DNA from: Fidelibacterota bacterium
GTDB lineage: Bacteria; Fidelibacterota; Fidelibacteria; Fidelibacterales; Fidelibacteraceae
Direction: 5' to 3'
NCBI GenBank assembly: GCA_021157965.1
Contig: JAGGVO010000041.1
Location: forward strand, 224,119-256,118
Length of the DNA: 32,000 bases
Below, piece by piece: positions 18,471 through 26,880 of the stretch (position 1 is the stretch's first letter; the number at the start of each line of letters is the position of its first letter). Made by a program: the position numbers and the translations under genes. Under the pieces are notes generated by a model. It did no database searches, was not told the DNA's origin, and saw only the letters and a list, made by a program, of their open reading frames with translations.

Positions 18471-19398
18471 TCCTCAAAAACTTTCCAATCTGGACAGGGC
18501 CGCAATCATTTATAAAATATTGGGGGACAATTTATCCGTCTCCCTTTTCAGGCACCTTTCCCAGGCGCAGTTGACTAAATTGCGGCGCCATGCCGAAACG
18601 CTGACTAAAGTGCCTTTCGATCTGAAAAGAAAGGTTCTGGAAGAGTATTATTTTCAGCTTATGTCTGAAAAAATCCGGTCCGTCAGCGACGGGGACCAGA
18701 AAGTGCTTTTTGATTTCTTAAAACCTATGTCTTCTGATCAAATCAAATACCTGCTGGAGCCGGAAAGCGAACTGGTAAAAGCCCTTGTCCTGAGCCAGCT
18801 GAGCATTGAAGTACAGGTGGATGTCATAAAAAACATGGAAGAAGATGAACGGGCACGGGTTTTAATACAGATGAATGATATCGATAAAATCCCTTATGAA
18901 GGGATTATCAATATTGAGAACGATATTCGCGAAAAATCCCGGCTGGTTCCCCATAAAGCCCATTTTAACAAAGGAGGATCCAAACAGATTGCTGATATCC
19001 TGAGTAAGCTGGAGCCGGATTTTGAAGAACAGTTTGTAAGTCATGTACAAAATGAAGACCCGGAACTGGCCCGTGATCTGGCGAAATATTACATACCTTT
19101 TGACAGTTTCGACAAACTTCCGGTGGATGTGGTCAGGGAGGCGCTGAAAAGCGTGGAACTGAATGATCTGGCCCTGGCCCTGAAGGGAATGAGCGAAGAA
19201 TTTGTCACCTATATTCTGGGAAATCTGCCACAGAAAACCCAGATAATGCTGGAAGATGAAATAAAGGATGTGGAAGGTCCCCAGCCCCGGCGGAAAGTTG
19301 AAAGTGCACGGCGCAAACTGACCCAGGCCGTGAAACAACTTGCTGCCGAGGGTAAATTTGATATTGAGGATTTCCTCGATACGGATATGGTGGAATAA
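18463..19398 (+). CDS. FliG-like rotor protein
   Basis: N-terminal LDRAAIIYKILGDNLSVSLFRHLS; middle SELVKALVLSQLSIEVQVDVIKNM; C-terminal DPELARDLAKYYIPFDSFDKLPVDVVREALKSVELNDLALALKGMSEEFVTYILGNLPQKTQIMLEDEI matches the FliG C-terminal pattern; overlaps the FliF-like gene by 8 nt. Confidence 0.9.
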   Translation: MSDPQKLSNLDRAAIIYKILGDNLSVSLFRHLSQAQLTKLRRHAETLTKVPFDLKRKVLEEYYFQLMSEKIRSVSDGDQKVLFDFLKPMSSDQIKYLLEPESELVKALVLSQLSIEVQVDVIKNMEEDERARVLIQMNDIDKIPYEGIINIENDIREKSRLVPHKAHFNKGGSKQIADILSKLEPDFEEQFVSHVQNEDPELARDLAKYYIPFDSFDKLPVDVVREALKSVELNDLALALKGMSEEFVTYILGNLPQKTQIMLEDEIKDVEGPQPRRKVESARRKLTQAVKQLAAEGKFDIEDFLDTDMVE

Positions 19399-19427
19399 AA
19401 GCCGGAGATCTGATAAAAAGATATCTT

Positions 19428-19462
19428 ATGCCGGACGGGGTGTTTCCTGTCCGGCATTTTTT
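19428..19462 (+). terminator. strong Rho-independent terminator ending the motor-like unit
   Basis: ATGCCGGACGGG-GTGTTT-CCTGTCCGGCAT: 12-bp stem with one G-T wobble, followed by TTTTT. Confidence 0.9.
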
Positions 19463-19488
19463 CGCATTCAGGTAAAGAGGAGATAACA

Positions 19489-19926
19489 ATGTCCCGCTTT
19501 GAAGAAATTATCGAATTTGCCATTGATCAGGAAATAAAAGCTGCCCGCCGTTATGAACGTCTTGCCGACCTCGTGGAGAATCCCCGTGCCCGCGAAATGC
19601 TCCTCCGGATAAAAACCATGGAAGAAGAACACCGGAAAAAACTGGAAAATCTGGATATCAGTGAGTTTCTGAATTATACAGACAAACCGATCCCGGATCT
19701 CCATCTGAGTGATGAAAAGGATATTCAATCTAAATTAAAGGATTTGACGCCGGAAGATATCTTGGTTATGGCAGATGATTTTGAAAATGATGCCCGTGAA
19801 CTTTATCTGACACTGGCAGACCGGGTACCTGTAGGATCGGCAACCCGGGATCTTTTTCTGAAACTTGCCGAAGAAGAGGCCCGGCATAAATACGACATTG
19901 AATCACAATTAAAATCCGGAATTTAA
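19489..19926 (+). CDS. ferritin-like/rubrerythrin-type diiron protein
   Basis: AIDQEIKAARRYERLAD, RIKTMEEEHRKKLE, FENDARELYLTLAD, LAEEEARHKYDIE: four-helix ExxH-type metal ligands. Confidence 0.85.
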   Translation: MSRFEEIIEFAIDQEIKAARRYERLADLVENPRAREMLLRIKTMEEEHRKKLENLDISEFLNYTDKPIPDLHLSDEKDIQSKLKDLTPEDILVMADDFENDARELYLTLADRVPVGSATRDLFLKLAEEEARHKYDIESQLKSGI

Positions 19927-19932
19927 CCTGTT

Positions 19933-20757
19933 ATGAAATCGATTCGTCGCTTTTTCAGAATTATTAGTATCCTCCTTTTGTTTCTTATCTTGATAATCCT
20001 TTTAGGAGTGCTAAAAGGGGTGATCATGCTTTTCAGCAGGACAAAAGGAGATCAGATGGTTTTTTATGTTATCAAGCCCTTTTGTACTCTGCTCCGCCTG
20101 ATATGCGGAGTCCGAATTCACGTGGAAGGAAGGGAAAACATTCCCTCCAAAAACGGGTATCTGGTTGTCGGAAACCATTACAGTTATGTGGAAGTAGTCA
20201 GTACCATGTCTGTCGTTTCGGCCGTTCCCGTTTCTAAATCGGAAATCCGCAACTGGCCCATTTTCGGTCATGCCGCCCGGCTTGGAGGAACCGTTTTTGT
20301 GGATCGGGAAAAAGGGGGATTGTCCGGGGCATATATTGAAGTCCTCATGAATACATTGCGAAAGGGCATCAATATTATCTTTTTTCCGGAGGGAACGACC
20401 ACCGACGGCACTTACCTGAAACGTTTCAAATCCGCTCTCTTTGTCCCCGCCAACCGGCTTAAGGTCCCTGTGCTGCCCATTGTAAGCACTGTTACGGCCA
20501 TCGATGGAAAACCGGTTCCTTCTGATCAGCGGGATTTGATTGCATGGTATGGCGGTGCTCCATTTGTCCCTCATGCCATGCGCCTGCTTGCTTTCCGCCG
20601 GATTGACCTGAAGTTTAAAATTGGCGAACCGATTATTCCCGATTATGACGATTCTTCAATTGATGAAAGACGGGAATTTGCCAGGCTCGTCCAAAACCGG
20701 ATGGATGCAGCACTATGGGAAATTGCCCCCGATTATCAGGGGATCCGGGACGAGTAA
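19933..20757 (+). CDS. PlsC-like 1-acyl-sn-glycerol-3-phosphate acyltransferase family protein
   Basis: VVGNHYSYVEVV (HX4E variant), GTVFVDREK, IIFFPEGTTTDG, VLPIV; N-terminal TM. Confidence 0.85.
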   Translation: MKSIRRFFRIISILLLFLILIILLGVLKGVIMLFSRTKGDQMVFYVIKPFCTLLRLICGVRIHVEGRENIPSKNGYLVVGNHYSYVEVVSTMSVVSAVPVSKSEIRNWPIFGHAARLGGTVFVDREKGGLSGAYIEVLMNTLRKGINIIFFPEGTTTDGTYLKRFKSALFVPANRLKVPVLPIVSTVTAIDGKPVPSDQRDLIAWYGGAPFVPHAMRLLAFRRIDLKFKIGEPIIPDYDDSSIDERREFARLVQNRMDAALWEIAPDYQGIRDE

Positions 20758-20819
20758 ACAGTCGATTTAAGAATAAAAAGTTATTACATTTCTTTAACAA
20801 CAAAAATACAGGACCCTCC

Positions 20820-21317
20820 ATGAATCTCGTGCTTATGCGCCATGGTCTGGCCGAACCCCGGGAGAGGCACCATGACAGCGATTCAGACAGGAATTTAACG
20901 AATGAAGGACGCCTGAAACTCATGCAGTTTATCCCCCTGATCCATCCGTGGTTTCCCAAACCGGACAGACTTTTAACCAGCCCGGCCATCCGGACACAGC
21001 AGACGGCAGAAATTCTGTGTGATATATTGCATGTAAACAGGGATGAAATTCAGGTTGATCCTTTGATCCTGAATGGTTCTGCAGGGGAAATTGTTTCACA
21101 GCTGGTGGAGATGGATCTGCCCTCCTGTTTATGGATTGTCGGGCACCAACCTACCTTGGGACAGCTCCTGAGCGTTCTGATAGGACTGGATGTTTTCCGG
21201 GGTTTTCATATGAGTCCAGGCGATTGTGCCCTCGTGTCTTTTCAGGATAAACCGGATATCAATGAAGGACGTTTGCTCAGTTATGCTTCCCCCAGGTTGA
21301 TAGACAGGTCGATGTAG
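20820..21317 (+). CDS. SixA-like histidine phosphatase family protein
   Basis: LVLMRHGLAEPRER, LTNEGRLKL, LLTSPAIRTQQTAEIL, LWIVGHQPTLG; ATG chosen at 20820. Confidence 0.85.
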   Translation: MNLVLMRHGLAEPRERHHDSDSDRNLTNEGRLKLMQFIPLIHPWFPKPDRLLTSPAIRTQQTAEILCDILHVNRDEIQVDPLILNGSAGEIVSQLVEMDLPSCLWIVGHQPTLGQLLSVLIGLDVFRGFHMSPGDCALVSFQDKPDINEGRLLSYASPRLIDRSM

Positions 21318-21329
21318 CAGGAAGGTAAA

Positions 21330-22298
21330 ATGATTCACTGGCTAAAAGTTTTTTTTTCCAAATCGCTGAATACGGCCTATGACTGCGTAGATGCCATCGG
21401 TCGGGGGGAAACGGGTGTGCACCTGACGGAAACTCTGACAGAATCCATCCGGAGGAGCATGGTATCCGCCCACCTTTTAGGTGTAGCCACCGGTCATGAG
21501 AATTTTTTCCGGGAAATTGGGATTTTGCAGAGGATTCTGAATATTTGTCAGGTATATATCCTCCATCAGGGCCGGATCCTCTATTTTGAAGCGTCTGCCT
21601 ATCAGAACCGAAAGGGAGCCCTCCGGGGTGCTCTTTATGTGGAAACACTTCAACGGAAGGATTTTGAAAGCCGGCGAAAAAAACTCCCCTTCCAACTGGA
21701 AAAAAGTTTCCATCCCGAACGGAAAGCAGAATTTTTACACAAGATCGAGCGGCTTCCGGAAAGCATCACAAATCCGGATAAATTGCACAAAGTTACCCTG
21801 GACTACCTGATCCCCCTTGTGTTGATCAAAACGGTGGATTTTGGCAAACTGACCATGAAACTACCCGGCGAACTGCTCCCGGATTTTGAAGGACTTCATG
21901 CCTTTTTGCTGGCGATGGGACAGGGAGATGTTTTCTGGAAAAAAGATGTGGAAATTATTCACAAAATCATCAAAGGAATCCGGACGGTTCTTTACCTCGA
22001 TGAAAATTTCAGTACCGTGAAAAAAGTTTTGCTGGAAGAGCGCGAAAAAACCATTCAGCTGCTGAAAGGGAATATATTCGACCAGTATAAAATGCTGAAC
22101 AAATGGGATGAGGTATTGCGCATGCTGGCAACCCGGAATGATAAAGGATTGATTAAATTTCTCACCCAGCTTGTTCGGGACCGGAAGGAAGCCGTTGATG
22201 AGCTGCGTAGTTTGCAGAAAACCTGTGAAGAGAAGGAGCTTTGGAAGAATTATTATAAAAAAATTGAAAACTTGTTCGTAACATCCGATGCAGTTTGA
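21330..22298 (+). CDS. hypothetical mostly helical protein
   Basis: Intact 322 aa ORF, co-directional and closely spaced; no family recognised. Confidence 0.6.
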   Translation: MIHWLKVFFSKSLNTAYDCVDAIGRGETGVHLTETLTESIRRSMVSAHLLGVATGHENFFREIGILQRILNICQVYILHQGRILYFEASAYQNRKGALRGALYVETLQRKDFESRRKKLPFQLEKSFHPERKAEFLHKIERLPESITNPDKLHKVTLDYLIPLVLIKTVDFGKLTMKLPGELLPDFEGLHAFLLAMGQGDVFWKKDVEIIHKIIKGIRTVLYLDENFSTVKKVLLEEREKTIQLLKGNIFDQYKMLNKWDEVLRMLATRNDKGLIKFLTQLVRDRKEAVDELRSLQKTCEEKELWKNYYKKIENLFVTSDAV

Positions 22299-22316
22299 TA
22301 ACTAAAAGGGAAAACT

Positions 22317-23072
22317 ATGAAGTATTGCGTAAAAATATCCCTCCTGTTTTTGCTTTTGGTCGGCTCACTGGCGGCACAGTTCGTCCCGGCACCGGTTCAG
22401 TTAATTAATACCCCGACTGTCGCAACCCTGGCACGGGGATCTTACCTGACTGATTTACGTTTTACCACCAATGGCGGGGTGCTGATCGGGGCAACAGTAG
22501 GTCTGACAGATCGTTTTTCCATGGGTATATCCTATGGAGGATCCAACATTATCGGCAATGAAAATATCACCTGGAATCCCCAGCCCGGTGTGAGTGTCAA
22601 ATATCGACTTATTGATGAAGGAATGAAAAAACCGGGTGTCTCTATGGGATTTTCCTCTCAGGGCTATGGGGCTTATACCGACGGGAATTATGAAATTCCT
22701 TCCTCCGGCTTTTATTCTGTCCTCAGCAAAAACTGGCATTTTATCGGCAATACAAGCCTTCATGCAGGGGCTAATTATTCCCTGGAACAGCCAGACAGCA
22801 CCTATATCCCCTCTTTCTTTGCCGGGGCTGCCATTGAACTAAATCCTCAATTCTCTATTATGATCGAATATGATGCCGCCCTGAATTATGAAAAATTTTC
22901 AGATTTAAAAAAATTCAAAATTTCCGGCGGGTACGGTTTTCTGAATGCCGGTGTCCGCGTTGGCATTACGGAAAATCTCTACCTGGAAGTGGATCTGAAC
23001 AATCTTATCTGGGGCGAAAATGTGGAATCCTTTAACCGTGAAATTAAATTGATGTATTTTGATATCTTCTGA
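22317..23072 (+). CDS. predicted outer-membrane beta-barrel-like protein
   Basis: Signal peptide MKYCVKISLLFLLLVGSLAAQ; repeated amphipathic strands (GGVLIGATVGLTDRFSMGISYGGSN, AGVRVGITENLYLEVDLNNL). Confidence 0.65.
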   Translation: MKYCVKISLLFLLLVGSLAAQFVPAPVQLINTPTVATLARGSYLTDLRFTTNGGVLIGATVGLTDRFSMGISYGGSNIIGNENITWNPQPGVSVKYRLIDEGMKKPGVSMGFSSQGYGAYTDGNYEIPSSGFYSVLSKNWHFIGNTSLHAGANYSLEQPDSTYIPSFFAGAAIELNPQFSIMIEYDAALNYEKFSDLKKFKISGGYGFLNAGVRVGITENLYLEVDLNNLIWGENVESFNREIKLMYFDIF

Positions 23073-23073
23073 C

Positions 23074-24726
23074 ATGAAATCCTTTCAGCTTTCTTCCGAG
23101 ATTCTTGCTTCCAAATCCAAAGATGAACTGATAGATATTATCAGAATCATTCAGGACCGGGTCAATGTTTTTGTCTCGGTAGGGACATCCCTCAGTACGG
23201 AAAAAAACCAGGATGTCCTCCTGGAAAATATTGTAACCTATGCGAAAAAATTAACCGGTGCCGATGCCGCAACGCTTTATATGATGTCGGAAGATGAAAA
23301 AAAACTCAGGTTTAGCATTGTCCATACAGATTCCATGAATATCCGGATGGGGGGGACATCGGGAAATCCCATCGATTGGTATCCGGTGAAATTGTATAAT
23401 GAGGATGGATCGCCCTATCTGGAGATGGTTGCGGCGTATGTTGCATTGAAGAAGGAAACCCTGAACTTTGAAGATGTGTACGATGTAAAAGATTTTAATT
23501 TTACCGGTACACGGCAGTTTGACCGAAAAACCGGTTACCGGACTCAGTCCATGCTGGCTCTGCCAATGCTGAACCATGTAAATGAAGTGATTGGTGTACT
23601 CCAATTAATCAATGCAAAAGACGAATCGGGGAACACCATTGCCTTCTGTCCTGAATTCCAGGCGCTGACGGAAGCTCTGGCCAGTCAGGCCGCCGTGGCC
23701 ATTACGGAAAACCGTCTTATCAATGGACTTGAAGAATTATTGAATTCCATCATCCGTGTAATTGCTTCGGCGATTGATGAAAAATCCAAATATACAAGTG
23801 GTCACATTGAACGGGTGGCGAAACTGGCAGTGTATCTGGCACAACAGATTTCTGAAAGCCGGGACGGTGTTTACAAAGATGTCCGCTACAGTGACGAGAA
23901 AATTGAGGAGATCCGTTTTGCCGGCCTTCTTCACGATATCGGTAAGATTACCACACCGGAATACGTGGTGGATAAATCCACAAAACTGGAAACCATTTAT
24001 GACAGGATCCGGACGATTTTTCTCCGTTTTGAATTGCTGAAAAAAGATCGTGAAATAGAGATGTGGAAGGCTTTAGCAGGAACGCCGCAAGATGATTCTT
24101 CCAGAGCTGAACGGGAAAATCTGATGAAAGAGCTGGAAGAAGAAATCCGGAAAATCAGTGAGGATTATGCCTTTATTCAGCGGATGAATACAGGGGGTGA
24201 GTTTCTCAAACCCGAATACAAGAACCGGATTTGCGATATTGCACGGTATACTGTTACGATAGATGGAAAAAGTACGCCTATCTTAACGGATGATGAGATT
24301 CTTAATCTGCATATTTCCAAAGGTACACTGACCGAGGAAGAACGGCAAATCATTAATAATCATGCGGTTGTCACTGATAAAATGCTCTCACAGCTTCCAT
24401 TTCCCAAGAAATTGAAAAATGTTCCCGAGTATGCTGCCAACCACCATGAACGCATGGACGGTTCGGGATATCCCAAGGGACTTAAAGCGGAAGATTTGGA
24501 ATTGCCGGCGCGTATCATGGCCATGGCCGATATTTTTGAAGCCTTAACAGCGCCGGACAGACCCTACAAAAAAGGGAAAACACTTTCTGAAGCCATGAAA
24601 ATCATGGAATTTATGGTGAAGGATTATCATATCGATCCGGATCTGTTTGCCTTTTTCAAGGAAGCTAAAGTATACCGCTGGTATGCAGAAAAATTCATGA
24701 ATCCCGAACAAATTGATATGGATTAG
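23074..24726 (+). CDS. GAF domain and HD-GYP domain signalling protein (putative cyclic di-GMP phosphodiesterase)
   Basis: GAF-like N-terminus; GHIERVAKLAVYLA, LLHDIGKITTPEYV, NHHERMDGSGYPKGL, PARIMAMADIFEALTAPDRPYK. Confidence 0.88.
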   Translation: MKSFQLSSEILASKSKDELIDIIRIIQDRVNVFVSVGTSLSTEKNQDVLLENIVTYAKKLTGADAATLYMMSEDEKKLRFSIVHTDSMNIRMGGTSGNPIDWYPVKLYNEDGSPYLEMVAAYVALKKETLNFEDVYDVKDFNFTGTRQFDRKTGYRTQSMLALPMLNHVNEVIGVLQLINAKDESGNTIAFCPEFQALTEALASQAAVAITENRLINGLEELLNSIIRVIASAIDEKSKYTSGHIERVAKLAVYLAQQISESRDGVYKDVRYSDEKIEEIRFAGLLHDIGKITTPEYVVDKSTKLETIYDRIRTIFLRFELLKKDREIEMWKALAGTPQDDSSRAERENLMKELEEEIRKISEDYAFIQRMNTGGEFLKPEYKNRICDIARYTVTIDGKSTPILTDDEILNLHISKGTLTEEERQIINNHAVVTDKMLSQLPFPKKLKNVPEYAANHHERMDGSGYPKGLKAEDLELPARIMAMADIFEALTAPDRPYKKGKTLSEAMKIMEFMVKDYHIDPDLFAFFKEAKVYRWYAEKFMNPEQIDMD

Positions 24727-24855
24727 ACATCTCTCCCGGTGTAGACCGATGGATGATGCCGTGATGAATGGCGACAGGGTAAGCCTGCACAAGCCGGATT
24801 TCCCGTGACGCCTGAACAGCAACTTTTACACTCGCTTATCGGAAATCTTTGAATT

Positions 24856-26022
24856 ATGAGTTATACACGTATTCTCATTCCGGATGCATATCACACCTAT
24901 CTTGGCATCCCCTATGATGAAGAAATTGTTCCCTTCCCCAATTTTGGTACGGTTCTGATTCAACACCGGCGCTATCTGCCGGATAAACCGGCATTCATCT
25001 GGGAAAATGTCCCGCCTGTTACATTTAAAGAATGGAGTTCCGGCGTCAGACTTCTGTCTGGCGCTCTAAAACAAGCTGGGCTGGATTTTTCCTCGCGTGT
25101 ACGCCTGAACCTGGACCTGGGTCCCCGAACCCTCTTCCTCTTTCATGCCCTGCTGGACGGGGGCATTCCGGCAATTTTAACAACCGATCCGGATACCGGT
25201 TTCACATTTCCCCTGCCGGGTGATGTGATCATGCCGGGAGAATTTATCCTGAAGGGTCCCGGGGATATATCCGGTTCGATTCATTCCGTCGTTGACACCT
25301 TGCTTCATACCCGTCCTGAAGCTCCGGATCCCTTTGAAGTTCCCTATATCTCCCTGGACCATTCCGCACTCTTCTGTTTTGATGAAGAGATGTGGTATGA
25401 GTTCACTCAGTATAATCTCCTTTCTGCGGCTCAATCCGTGGGGAAAGAACTCTCCCTGTTCCGGGACGGGGAAACTCTTTTTGCCAAATCCGCCGCAGAT
25501 TTGGCAGATTGGCTTTTCGCTGCCCTTGCATCCTTTTATTACGGATCGACGACGCGCTTTGAAACGGATATGGACGCACAAAAGGCGGAAAATATCCTCA
25601 AAGAGAGAAAAACACAGGTTCTGATTCCTGATATTTCCCGGACCGGTATATTCTCACCGGACCTGACAACCGGAGAAGTTCTCCGGGATGCTGCGATCCT
25701 CTGCAGAGATCCACGGATCGGGAAAATTCCGGAAACCCTTTCTTTTCCCTGGCGCTGTTTCTGGACAGCTCCGGTCTTTGCCGGCAATGGGGTTTTTGTA
25801 TCCGAAAAAAAAGGGACTTGTTGCAAAGGACTGGATTTCATCGTATCCGGGTCACCAGACAGAGGACGATTGATGGTGCTGGGGCATTCCGTTCCCCATG
25901 CTGTCTGGCTGGAAGAACCGGAGCATTGGGAATCCCAATTCAAAAAACACCTGGAGCTCCCCTTTTATGTCCGCTGTGAAGACCCGCAGCGCAGGACTTT
26001 CATTGTCCTTGATGATCAATGA
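24856..26022 (+). CDS. degenerate ANL-superfamily (acyl-adenylate enzyme)-like protein
   Basis: LIQHRRYLPDKPAFIWENVPPVTFKEWSSGVRLLSGALKQAGL and NLLSAAQSVGKEL...ADLADWLFAALASFYYGSTTRF..AENILKERKTQVLIPD follow the AMP-binding enzyme pattern; the TSGTTG-type loop and C-terminal subdomain are missing. Confidence 0.55.
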   Translation: MSYTRILIPDAYHTYLGIPYDEEIVPFPNFGTVLIQHRRYLPDKPAFIWENVPPVTFKEWSSGVRLLSGALKQAGLDFSSRVRLNLDLGPRTLFLFHALLDGGIPAILTTDPDTGFTFPLPGDVIMPGEFILKGPGDISGSIHSVVDTLLHTRPEAPDPFEVPYISLDHSALFCFDEEMWYEFTQYNLLSAAQSVGKELSLFRDGETLFAKSAADLADWLFAALASFYYGSTTRFETDMDAQKAENILKERKTQVLIPDISRTGIFSPDLTTGEVLRDAAILCRDPRIGKIPETLSFPWRCFWTAPVFAGNGVFVSEKKGTCCKGLDFIVSGSPDRGRLMVLGHSVPHAVWLEEPEHWESQFKKHLELPFYVRCEDPQRRTFIVLDDQ

Positions 26023-26061
26023 AATAAAAGGTATTTTACTTGAAAAATAGCAGGATTAGTC

Positions 26062-26880
26062 ATGGATATTGCAACACTTTTCGGCTTACTTATCGGACTT
26101 GGACTCATTGCCTTTGGCATGATGGATGAATCATTCAGCATTCCTCACACCTTTCTGAACTGGAATGCCATGGCGGTTGTGCTGGGAGGGACCCTGGCCG
26201 CCACAATGATCAATTATCCCTTCAAACAATTTCTCGGCCTTTTGAAAGTGACGGGAAAAGCTTTTGCCAGACATCACCAGGAAAGTCTGAAAACCATTCA
26301 TCAGCTTGTGGGTTACAGCAAGCTGATTCGTGCAAAGGGCCTGCTTTCCCTGGAAGACCAACTGCCGGAGATGAAGAACCGTTTCATGCAAACGGGTATT
26401 GAAATGGCACTTATCGAAAAAGACAGCAAAAAACTTGAGCGATTTTTAAGAAGTGAACTGACCAATATGGTTATTCGCCACAAGAACGGCCAGGAGATGT
26501 TTTATAATATGGGATCCTATGCTCCGGCATTCGGGCTCTTGGGGACCGTGATGGGTCTTATTCTGATGATGACCCAGCAGAGTCAGGTCACCGGAGTGAT
26601 GACTTTTGCCCAGGACACCCAAGTGATGATGACATCCCTGCTAAGTGGCATGGGAAGAGCCCTGGTAACCACATTTTACGGAGTTCTCCTTGCAAACCTT
26701 ATTTTTATCCCTATTGGTGGAAAACTGAAAACCCGGTCCGATGAAGAAATCTTCATTAACGAAATCATCCTGACAGGCATATTAAGTCTTCACGCCCGGG
26801 AACATCCCCTGATTATGGAAGAAAAACTTCTGACCTTTATTCCCAAAGCTGAAAAAGATTTTCTGAAACACCATGACTGA
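26062..26880 (+). CDS. MotA family stator protein (paralog 2)
   Basis: GLIAFGMMDE, MAVVLGGTLAATMINYPF, LIRAKGLLSLEDQL, MGSYAPAFGLLGTVMGLILMM, SGMGRALVTTFYGVLLANLIFIP, HPLIMEEKLLTFIP. Confidence 0.9.
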   Translation: MDIATLFGLLIGLGLIAFGMMDESFSIPHTFLNWNAMAVVLGGTLAATMINYPFKQFLGLLKVTGKAFARHHQESLKTIHQLVGYSKLIRAKGLLSLEDQLPEMKNRFMQTGIEMALIEKDSKKLERFLRSELTNMVIRHKNGQEMFYNMGSYAPAFGLLGTVMGLILMMTQQSQVTGVMTFAQDTQVMMTSLLSGMGRALVTTFYGVLLANLIFIPIGGKLKTRSDEEIFINEIILTGILSLHAREHPLIMEEKLLTFIPKAEKDFLKHHD

